This document shows positions 41,901 through 48,722 of a DNA stretch of 64,000 nt, piece after piece. A model generated the notes under the pieces. It did not search any database, was not told the origin of the DNA, and saw only the letters and a program-made list of their open reading frames with translations. Where the stretch lies: the NCBI GenBank assembly GCA_008080765.1, contig SHMU01000001.1, positions 1,255 through 65,254 of the forward strand, given 5' to 3'. The translations under genes were made by a program, and so were the position numbers. The DNA is from Promethearchaeota archaeon (GTDB lineage: Archaea; Asgardarchaeota; Lokiarchaeia; Sigyniarchaeales; SOKP01). Every line of letters starts with the position of its first letter. The stretch's first letter is position 1.

Positions 41901-44900
41901 CCAAGCCTATGAAAGAATAGACTCAGAAGAGACTCATGAAATGGAGGACAAAAAGGAGACCAAATGGTTCGATATCAATGACAAAAATTTTGCCAATTAT
42001 GAATTTAATATTGCTGAATTATTCGGTGTGTGTCTTACAGGAGGCTTATTATTACCATATACGCTTGCTTCGATGATGATGCCTATAATGGATTATTATG
42101 CCATGAAAACTCTTCAAGAAGAGGTAATTAGGGACGAAACTATAGAATCTACCTATTATAGCATTAAAACCGATTATGATCGCGACGGATTACCAGATTA
42201 TCAAATGGATTATGAATCATATAAGAACGTGGTACAATATGAAGTCACGGAACATCATAAGACTCTCATTGCCGCCAAATATCAAGATGTTTTTATGTTC
42301 CTAACAGTATGGGTCGCAAAAAATATCGCTTCATTGGCTAATGAGCCCGTATATGATTTTGTGTTTAACGATTTTCTTACCGAATATCATCTTGACCATT
42401 GGGACTTTCGAGGGCTTCCACCCACAACACTTGCTCAACTTCCATTTATTTTATCTACCTATCGTAAGTATTATTGGGATATGACCAGCGAATATACCGA
42501 TAGTTTTACTTACGAACAGATAAAGATTATCGAATATGATGATCAAGGAGAGATTTCAGAATCAAGAATTTATAAAGATGATTTTAGAAACGATGAGATT
42601 GGGAATGTAGCTCAATTCTTATCCAATTTAATCGAGGAACACCGTGTCACGAATGTAGAGACCGGTGAACAACTTAGCATATCCTTTAATCCTAATCTTC
42701 CTTTCTCACGACCTGAAGATATTGATTGGGAATGCGAAGTATGGGGAGTCGATGGAGTTCCCATTAAATTTGACTCTCTTACCGTATTAGGCGGTGATGG
42801 ATTAGAGGTTATCGATGAGACTAATGTATATCAACAGGAAATTATCATTAGAATTCCTAATCGCTATTCTCTGTATAACGATTTTAGAAAGACAGCAATC
42901 TGGCAGGTCGCGAACATGGGATTTGCCGATTTTAAAGTGGAAGGAATTTTAGTCACTCCGCAAGACGGGAAGGTCTATATTACCAGCGATATGATCTGTC
43001 TTGCATGGGGAGTCGGGAAAGTGCCCGGCAAATATTTCTATGTAGACTCTACAGGAAATGGTTTTTATGATACTGTCTATATTGTAGCTGCTACACCTAC
43101 AGACACTTCAGGAACTCCCACGTATAAGGTCTTAGCCATCGGCTATAATTATGACGGAATCCACGATTTCAAGCCCTACGAGAAGATTTATCCGAAATCC
43201 CGCATTGAGTCCAATTTCTGGATGATGGCAATTCAGACCAATCGATTTGATGTCCATTGGACTTATCAATACGGCAACCTTATCCGAGAACCATTGTTAT
43301 GGCCCACCTTAGAAAGCCTCATTTGGAATTATTTCAAACCCGCCGATCACATTTTTGAGATTTGGAAGTCTACCGCCTTAGATTGGAACGGCAAATCTCT
43401 TCTTTATCATTACATAGAGACCACGAAATATTATGAAGCATGGTTCCAATATGGTACGCAATATTATGAAGACTTCTTTGAACAGACTTTTATGGGTACG
43501 GTGTCTTCGGCGCTAAGTGTCTTCACACAAATATCTGTCCAAATATCTTTTGGAATACTTAATGTTTTCGGCGCTGCAGCAATCGAGCGTATTGCCAACG
43601 CCGCCGGATCTGCAATATTTATTCTTACTTATACCTTAATGACCAAATTTTTCATGGATATAGACCGTCATGAAGTAATGTCAAAACAGAGAGCCTATAC
43701 CTATTATCCGTCAAAATATATCTTCAAGTTCGATCCTCAAAGTATGAACGAAAAATGCCTATATGATAAGCTGCTTGGAGATAGTATGGCGACTGCTCTG
43801 CTTGGGCATTACGGCGCATATTACACCACCGCAGTGGGCGAGTCAGAAGGATTTCAAGTAACCGCTGAGGTGATGGTTACTCCTCCTAATTATGCCAGAA
43901 TGATGACCGGCTGGCAAGGATTCTTCGAATTTTTAGGAATGAATTTAATCGCACCCGGTTCCCATCCCGCAATATATTACGGTTTAACGTTTGATCAGAT
44001 GAATTTAGATTGGTATGCTCTTACCAGCGAATTGCCTTTATATACGAGCCCCTTCCTTCTTTTCTTAAACAGTATGCTTTTCGGACCATATTATATGTAT
44101 CGTCAAAATACTCTGGGCGCGGTAGAGACTATTACCATGCTAAGAACCTTAAATCACCTAAACACGATTCAAGCCACCTCCATCGGCGGCGATCCCCGTT
44201 ATAGATTAGTAAATAGATATGAAGCACCTTACAATAGAATTTTACCTGAAAAAGGGTTATACTCTCCCGTAGTATTAAGTCCCGAATGGAATCAATATGC
44301 AGGCAATATAAAGGGAATGATGTATATTTGGGCTTTATGTCATGATTTCCCCTCAACAGTTGGATTAGGCTCCGAAAACACACTCACCGAGGTGGAAAAA
44401 CTCAAATATAAAGCGAAATTCATTATTAATCCTAATGGGTTCGAATATCCAATAGAATCCATTCAGATCAGTCTCATGCAACAAAATAAGAGAGGAGGTA
44501 TTTTTGCCAGCTCTGAGAATCTTATTAGCAATATTCAAGTACAAGAAGAAGATTTTGAAGTGATTGACGGTACCATCTATTTCACTAAGACATTAGATGA
44601 AATTGTCGCCGAACAATATAAAGGATACGAAGAATTACTTGCAGGAATCGATCCCGAGCAATATTTACTACATTATGGTATTAATATTATCTTTTCATTG
44701 ACTATTCCAGATACCAATAACGAGACCCATAAACTAGCACTTGCGCAAGCAACTCAGTTTGCGGTAATGGATTATTTCAATCAATACGTGCAAGCTCAGA
44801 CAATTGCTCAAATAAAATCCGAGATTGCCTATACGGAAACCTTAACATTCTGGTCTACTATCATGACCACCGCTCTTAGTTATTTCGGAGGCTGGGGTGC

Positions 44901-47900
44901 CACAGGAACCGGAAGCGCTATTGCAGAAGTAGGGGCCGAGGTAGGAAAGGAAGGCGTAAAGATCATTGCCAAGGAAGTCTTGAAACAAGTTCTTAAGGTT
45001 GTCTTAAAGACTATCTATGAAGCAATGAAGGAGGTACTTCAAGAAGTTATTCTTGATGCTTTCATAGAAGCATTAGCTGAAGGCTATTTCGTGGAGATCT
45101 TAGGCATGAGCGAGGATGCGGGCTTCTGGATCTCTTCGCTTGCAACATCCCTTCGAGAAGCGGGCTTAGGACCGTTCAAACTAATGCGTAAAGGACTTAC
45201 TTCGGTAATGTCATCTATCAGCACTAATTTAGATCTGCATTTAAATCTAGACAGTATTTTCTTTAAGAACTCTAAAAATCATATTAAGGACTTACAGAAT
45301 AGCCTTAAGAATGCAGTGGAAGCAGATAACTTCATTGACCAAGCTAAGCTTAAGGAAGAGATTCGACAAGCTGAGACGGAGCTCGCCCTTAAGCAGAATA
45401 AACTGAATTTGATTAAGAATATATTCAAAGGAATTATCATGCTCTCCTTAAGTTTCAAATTCTTCGGATTTGGATTTATAGGAGCTAAAAGTCTATTAGA
45501 TATTGGGACTTCAATCTCCTCTTATTACGATAATAAGGCTGAAATTAATACGATTTCTCATGTTATGAGGTCTGAAAACCTCCAGTTTGCCTATGAAAGC
45601 TCCATAACTAATTTAAAAAGAGGGTTGTCTCAAGACATCTATGATCAATATGCGAATACGAAACCTCATGATCTCAGGCAACTTGAAAACAAGATAGAAC
45701 TCTCATATGCACAACAACAAAGCAACGATTTCAAGACTATTGACAGCTGTTTTGACCCAAACCGCGTTGAGAAAATAAGTCCACCTAAAACTCCGGACAA
45801 TATTGATCTCCGAACCGCGAAAGAAGCGAACGCGATGACCCCCATAGAAAAATACGTCGATAGTTTCTTTTTTAAGGACCTTCTCAACACATTCCCCGAA
45901 TTAGAAGCATTACGCCCACGTTTTGAATCTATCGTAGAATGGGTTTCAAAGATTTATAACTTAGACTTTTTAGAGAAAGCAAGACAGAATCAAGAAGCTT
46001 CAGAGAAAAAACAAGCAACCGAAAGTAATGAAAATACAATAATCGTAGCCAATTTCATCTCTAAGGAAACAACGCCTTCAGAATATAGATCGGCTGCTTA
46101 TACTTTCAGGTTATCTGGCGCCCCTCATGATTTAGCAATAAGAGAGATTCAGTTAGATCCCACTCTTACCATTGAGGAAATTAAGACAAAAGTGAGAGAA
46201 GAATACAATCTTGAGTTTACAGAAATTCACCTTCTTTTTAATGGCAAATACTTACCAAATCATCTTAGATTTTCCGAACTTGGAATTAATCCTCAAATGG
46301 ATGTAATCACGGTAATGGCCACGCAAGAAGCAGCTGGAAGAAATGTTGCGGCGAAAATATTTGCAAATAAAATAAAAGATTTGATTTCTAATAATGAAAT
46401 CAATAAAGAGGTTGCAAATAGATTAGTAGCAATATTAAATAACGATAAAAACAATTGGAATTTTGAAAAAGAAACTCTTGATAAATTCCCCAAGCTAAAA
46501 GATTTAGCAGAGGAGATAGCTCGAAAAGTAGCGGATGGAGAAAGCCCACAATTTAGTCCAGAACCAATATGTATAGGGCCACTTCTCAGCGTTGACGAAT
46601 CAACATATCGTCGTTGGCTAGATTCTAGTACGTTTTTGTCTTTACAAACATTTGAAACCATAGAATATATTATTGACACCTTTTATAGTGGCACTACATT
46701 CGGGAATCAAATGAATGAACTATTACAAGATTATGAAATGAGGAATTTGTTAATGCATGGTTCACGCCTTTTTGCCTCTAGTTCTAGTATTTCCAGCATT
46801 TTAATTATGGAGTTGGAACGACTTATCACTTATAAAAACGAGAAAACGGGTACCGATTATGAAATGATTATTATTTCTCATTTAAAAAGCGCCTCAGAAC
46901 ATAAAGAATTTTTAAGCGAATATGTTATTGAAAACTTATATGGAATAGAACAATTTAAAAGAAGTAATGATGGTCGTCTACAGCGATATGTTATGGCGTA
47001 TCTTTTGGGTGTCTCTCAAGCGTCTATAACTAGATGGATGTACGGGGAATTTGATATTTCTCAAAGTTCTTTTATAACTTTTGATAATAGAATTCAAGAG
47101 TTATTTGGAAACTTAATCGAGAACGAAGGCTCGTTATATAATTTTTATTTAGAATTTAAAAATCTTATCGGTAATACACCTCAAGATCGATGTTCAAAAA
47201 CCGTTCGTGATCAACTATTACATTATTTAAAAGAGGGTGAGAAAAAGTACGGACCTTTTAGTAATTTTAGGGCTGATAAAGCGACTAGAGCCGAGATTTC
47301 AGAGAAAAATATAGAACTTTTCGGATATGCAAAGTTATTTAGTGTTGATGCCCTCATAAATAGTGCTTTAAAAGATTTATTGCAGAATAAAGACTTTTTA
47401 GACAATGAAGTCTCTGATGCTTTGGAAAAAGGGTTTCCAGGAGAGGGCAGAAAACAATTGGAGGGCTTAAAATGTTTTATAGAAGAAGATATTGAGAGAG
47501 CGGTAAAGACATTCAGATATTTATTATTCGGTCTTGCAGATACTTCTCTACAAAAGATTATGACTGGGGCAGAAAAATGCCACCTTAAAGTTCATTGTAC
47601 CTTAGAAAAGTTTCTTAGAATGGTTTATGAGAGCATGCAATACTCTAGTGATTTTCAAGTTATTGATAGTGGTCCATCTATGATACTTATGCCTACTACA
47701 TGTATCCAAACAAGATTAGATAAAGACGGAAATGTAATATTGGATAAAAATGGAGTTCCCATGATATGCGGTGAGAAAGGTTTTTATTTAGCTAAAGATC
47801 TTATAAGTGGAAGAGCTGTTTGCTATAAGCATATTATGCGCTGGAACGAGCAAATAACTGCTGCCTTTTTCACTTATTATACTGGAATAGAGTTAAGTAA

Positions 47901-48612
47901 ACCTCAAATAGAAGTATACGCATCTACTTTAAATTTTGGCGAAATATTCGCCCATATTTCAAATTGTAGATATGACATACTAGTAAGCAAAGAGACGGGT
48001 ATAAAATTAACTGCGGGTGATATTGCCAAGGGGTTATCAAGATTGGGTATTATTAATAATGAACCTCAATGGTTAATAAATATATATGAGAATGAAATTG
48101 GTATTAATATTGAAACGGATGGTGAACAACATGATAATTTTTGGGTATGGTTAAGACTTCAACGATTAGAGGGTGCTGACTTAGCTGATCAAATTGACGT
48201 GATATTGGAGACTCTCGACCCGATGGGTATTAAAATCGGAGATAAGCTTCAAGAATTAACACTCTCTCAAATACAGTCCTACATCAATATGGTTCAAGAA
48301 GATGCAAAACGATTTTTACTGGAGGAATATCGTAGGTGGGAACACTATCGTGATAATGATCAAGATAAACAAAATGCAATTGAAGAAAAGGCTCATTGGT
48401 ATCAAATGAGGATCCCAATATACGGTTGGTTTGAAAATGTCGACAATCGATTTTTCTTATTCTCTATGCAATTTTTAGAAATTCTTGCTAAGGAAGCCGG
48501 AAAAATCGAGGAAGGAGGAAGTCTTAACACTGAATTATTGGAGGAATTAGGATTTAATTGGGATCATTCGGCACATTTTGGACGATATAAAGAGTTTTTC
48601 CTTGATTTATAA
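35998..48612 (+). CDS. giant ORF 2 (4204 aa as called); same frame as ORF 1, probably its continuation
   Basis: Positions 35998 and 16825 are both 1 mod 3. Only TAG (35944..35946) plus 17 sense codons separate the two ORFs. No SD upstream of the ATG. Contains DxDxDG motifs, a TM cluster and a tail with Ubl, HTH and nuclease-like motifs. Confidence 0.8.
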   Translation: MTEFTVYYLLEFDFSGHHYGIVEFGNTSMLNETSIQFELPFGFLPNISDSRAPLYTQFSEQFSPDGDTYRLHYGLYGSNDPDSIIIYNLDQLEEQFKSEIDVLFSDETNEEYYEIDVVFTTPPNEPFTLSYGLKSEYSLGAGFQKIGEPYSESTRLIYTEEEAGQSKIFTDTTNILSPYSFSESALYISLDKQDNKETTLTIFDVPLLYSPSINLTFIIDELGKTMIDQYTSLENILTIDFTYMDSNELYEFSSPSLELQLTPSQLSSYEQGNSYIITYEQDLQALYEILGMDNIDISITISQEGDVNNLPYLLMTQYGYLTDEYIIETHDSMPLDENGEPDYAAITTTPHFYQITSQDLTEAPFNLLSDSQITVALTNLSETELVSLNSDNGKIDFISHGTKKTFTLSEQQGNAVPNLALFINCYDIDMPQYQDGYLDLYYGSGTEVEGEKRSTSTISMTAIGTWLNYRAKVEDNVILGWDSTYDFTDKFLTTDRITVSGKVFYHALANLSESSDEYLNKIQMKEIFDSYTREIEFGIPLPEQYDIADIRAVGHPYEYHLSIQGFPVESTDEYMQYLEADDHDNFPEDEFNQPTNRLPDIDLETGKLNYEVAIDENDSAYLLFFVPLTTIYDLGLLDGNGDIMIDFHAHQTFRDGQDYYIKENYEIDGNNYIEWDYTLVSGHPFKFHPDFNENHYFTVEYSALEWSIMKQMYIHYKTDSFVYQPETFQNVSLFYPGDASIETFGVRNTIPEDQLLDGHILFPSVYVLTETDENSDEYEVRQLKNTAIDSKLVYKTPDPSEPWNYTIDFEQIAIALAAQYPGEHLVNPSFLSVEAHYYSDQWRYELSSTPFNYEYLEKDSNYHLKLTIKNPDGIIIDERYSNETEEIGLNYHTQGFDTYVQAISSNYIYFKEGVIDKNSTIEISYHYKLQPGLQERKHFLISTTPYTQAFNTEYLPGASNSSSAIYRERYRKLSGGSIIAPFDYMLSINETYSLYLSYRLNQRDYFQHEYTTSEGDLTGLEGYRKFGLLDRNLRDTGLVRFAKGAEKECVKVYFYNYRTDLDSTFTSKKYPYIGLSEEQQMQPVYGTTPKIAFLDPSLYEVDSQMVAVSIKQEALELIERMNPKDDKFYISFVPQPLDLELLAYKFQYLTSGDILDSLDVLHWDVPEKDDLDVYPNLDAYYYKDKELSSIERVVCHASELSIYLEDGHSLEFDVEAELQAYDPELLSKIHEGKYASIFIKTNIENLESLESLQIQLIDKDGNILNDYTQIISTEEIDLNDFELHINLPSYADNKLKIIKFIPIFRTDDIYSLENKVGISQYDLIKWDEEDVITNETYPFMFFTLETNLQINASHAGREFAYLFNNRLERIYFPEGVSIEYTKIFDDDGNLLQYALKIPKEHIDPLTGENATFSNEDLLFLKYYSPVERAISLGIGKIYFERAFENNEKSEFMMVNAENQNYFSQFAENNFGSENYWYEQELQITPFDTEHTGTFKTAKLDINLSALEDDAIDGKVPFSHILFTVPHPLYELTINEILILNPSQTHTTEHGSTSSRLWQYSEIQAFAAGSDPAYDEYKFNFTQSVPLFYNESDPAQEWLNYIRIFDEDQNYYSVGLFGDQYQLHYDQENKSFSWNPTFNQYPVYYGMQFEEELMIDPNHTLYIEYCSNESWKEPIVIEDENVDLTSIWTIYDFIHTLRPQYYNWFIDELGYEDNEYSLMDDIDYNVTQYLTEQFTVYDNITEYTHQFDIGNYSFTEDYLNLSLSHVVAITPDFEQILLSDNENYTITFNAEGKNITIESLHPYSYLNEFDTISVVLNFSRGPINSFTELYLTEDFFTSQLNYSDDLTSTFYDTINIYYETFSQGFDGEILFMESSSIITSEDTLFTPISYSSFNAITDQRWVLMNYYSGNFDNFKLYYDDSSIFYQADIDQDGKIDFKHTLDIDRDGKMDIIRYGEESNNGEIIWYTIIQAYERIDSEETHEMEDKKETKWFDINDKNFANYEFNIAELFGVCLTGGLLLPYTLASMMMPIMDYYAMKTLQEEVIRDETIESTYYSIKTDYDRDGLPDYQMDYESYKNVVQYEVTEHHKTLIAAKYQDVFMFLTVWVAKNIASLANEPVYDFVFNDFLTEYHLDHWDFRGLPPTTLAQLPFILSTYRKYYWDMTSEYTDSFTYEQIKIIEYDDQGEISESRIYKDDFRNDEIGNVAQFLSNLIEEHRVTNVETGEQLSISFNPNLPFSRPEDIDWECEVWGVDGVPIKFDSLTVLGGDGLEVIDETNVYQQEIIIRIPNRYSLYNDFRKTAIWQVANMGFADFKVEGILVTPQDGKVYITSDMICLAWGVGKVPGKYFYVDSTGNGFYDTVYIVAATPTDTSGTPTYKVLAIGYNYDGIHDFKPYEKIYPKSRIESNFWMMAIQTNRFDVHWTYQYGNLIREPLLWPTLESLIWNYFKPADHIFEIWKSTALDWNGKSLLYHYIETTKYYEAWFQYGTQYYEDFFEQTFMGTVSSALSVFTQISVQISFGILNVFGAAAIERIANAAGSAIFILTYTLMTKFFMDIDRHEVMSKQRAYTYYPSKYIFKFDPQSMNEKCLYDKLLGDSMATALLGHYGAYYTTAVGESEGFQVTAEVMVTPPNYARMMTGWQGFFEFLGMNLIAPGSHPAIYYGLTFDQMNLDWYALTSELPLYTSPFLLFLNSMLFGPYYMYRQNTLGAVETITMLRTLNHLNTIQATSIGGDPRYRLVNRYEAPYNRILPEKGLYSPVVLSPEWNQYAGNIKGMMYIWALCHDFPSTVGLGSENTLTEVEKLKYKAKFIINPNGFEYPIESIQISLMQQNKRGGIFASSENLISNIQVQEEDFEVIDGTIYFTKTLDEIVAEQYKGYEELLAGIDPEQYLLHYGINIIFSLTIPDTNNETHKLALAQATQFAVMDYFNQYVQAQTIAQIKSEIAYTETLTFWSTIMTTALSYFGGWGATGTGSAIAEVGAEVGKEGVKIIAKEVLKQVLKVVLKTIYEAMKEVLQEVILDAFIEALAEGYFVEILGMSEDAGFWISSLATSLREAGLGPFKLMRKGLTSVMSSISTNLDLHLNLDSIFFKNSKNHIKDLQNSLKNAVEADNFIDQAKLKEEIRQAETELALKQNKLNLIKNIFKGIIMLSLSFKFFGFGFIGAKSLLDIGTSISSYYDNKAEINTISHVMRSENLQFAYESSITNLKRGLSQDIYDQYANTKPHDLRQLENKIELSYAQQQSNDFKTIDSCFDPNRVEKISPPKTPDNIDLRTAKEANAMTPIEKYVDSFFFKDLLNTFPELEALRPRFESIVEWVSKIYNLDFLEKARQNQEASEKKQATESNENTIIVANFISKETTPSEYRSAAYTFRLSGAPHDLAIREIQLDPTLTIEEIKTKVREEYNLEFTEIHLLFNGKYLPNHLRFSELGINPQMDVITVMATQEAAGRNVAAKIFANKIKDLISNNEINKEVANRLVAILNNDKNNWNFEKETLDKFPKLKDLAEEIARKVADGESPQFSPEPICIGPLLSVDESTYRRWLDSSTFLSLQTFETIEYIIDTFYSGTTFGNQMNELLQDYEMRNLLMHGSRLFASSSSISSILIMELERLITYKNEKTGTDYEMIIISHLKSASEHKEFLSEYVIENLYGIEQFKRSNDGRLQRYVMAYLLGVSQASITRWMYGEFDISQSSFITFDNRIQELFGNLIENEGSLYNFYLEFKNLIGNTPQDRCSKTVRDQLLHYLKEGEKKYGPFSNFRADKATRAEISEKNIELFGYAKLFSVDALINSALKDLLQNKDFLDNEVSDALEKGFPGEGRKQLEGLKCFIEEDIERAVKTFRYLLFGLADTSLQKIMTGAEKCHLKVHCTLEKFLRMVYESMQYSSDFQVIDSGPSMILMPTTCIQTRLDKDGNVILDKNGVPMICGEKGFYLAKDLISGRAVCYKHIMRWNEQITAAFFTYYTGIELSKPQIEVYASTLNFGEIFAHISNCRYDILVSKETGIKLTAGDIAKGLSRLGIINNEPQWLINIYENEIGINIETDGEQHDNFWVWLRLQRLEGADLADQIDVILETLDPMGIKIGDKLQELTLSQIQSYINMVQEDAKRFLLEEYRRWEHYRDNDQDKQNAIEEKAHWYQMRIPIYGWFENVDNRFFLFSMQFLEILAKEAGKIEEGGSLNTELLEELGFNWDHSAHFGRYKEFFLDL
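41773..41860 (+). other. paired DxDxDG calcium-binding-type motifs (FG-GAP/EF-hand-like)
   Basis: ADIDQDGKIDFKHTLDIDRDGKMDIIRYG. Related single motifs: DYDRDGLPDY (42172..42201), YVDSTGNGFYDTVY (43039..43080), and in ORF 1 VFDINHDGISEIIRL (19801..19845). Confidence 0.5.
42004..45500 (+). other. membrane-spanning region of the giant protein (about 5-6 hydrophobic helices separated by large loops)
   Basis: Hydrophobic stretches at 42004..42090 (FNIAELFGVCLTGGLLLPYTLASMMMPIM), 43489..43656 (two helices), 44842..44910 and 45430..45500. A weaker one lies near 42289..42340. An amphipathic/coiled-coil segment spans 44920..45425. Confidence 0.55.
46099..46320 (+). other. ubiquitin-like (beta-grasp) domain embedded in the tail
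   Basis: LDPTLTIEEIKTKVREEYNLEFTEIHLLFNGKYLPNHLRFSELGINPQMDVITVM aligns without gaps to ubiquitin [55 protein letters not shown]. About 15 of 55 positions are identical by eye. No C-terminal GG. Confidence 0.55.
46981..47070 (+). other. XRE/Cro-type helix-turn-helix-like motif
   Basis: QRYVMAYLLGVSQASITRWMYGEFDIS matches the l-gvSq-sIsrwe-G pattern. A weaker similar segment (SVDESTYRRWLDSS) lies at about 46590..46630. Confidence 0.45.
47960..48430 (+). other. PD-(D/E)XK (Vsr/DUF559-like) nuclease-like motifs at the C-terminal end
   Basis: CRYDILVSKETG ... IGINIETDGEQHDNF ... HYRDNDQDKQNAIEEKAHWYQMRIPIYGW resembles the y-fDf-v ... iaiEyDGeqH ... rD--K ------ gi-lirIpy layout, with long insertions. 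Confidence 0.35.
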
Positions 48613-48640
48613 CGGATATAATATCTAATTAATTAATTGG

Positions 48641-48647
48641 TTTTTTT
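48641..48647 (+). terminator. oligo-T tract (T7) 29 nt after the giant ORF stop
   Basis: GGTTTTTTTAATTTT. Archaeal RNA polymerase terminates at oligo-T tracts. Confidence 0.3.
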
Positions 48648-48722
48648 AATTTTATTATATCTATTTCCATTAAAGATAATTATATATATTCAGATTTCTT
48701 TTTTTTATATTAGGACAAGGAA

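Noticed and set aside
17759-47405. About 45 short ORFs (60-130 aa) on both strands inside the giant ORFs (e.g. 17759..17989, 20239..20586, 46293..46679)
   Set aside because: All are fully nested in other frames or antisense to a 32-kb uninterrupted frame. Their sequences are low-complexity, shadow-like (I/L/F/S/R-rich) and carry no motifs. They are best explained as frame shadows.
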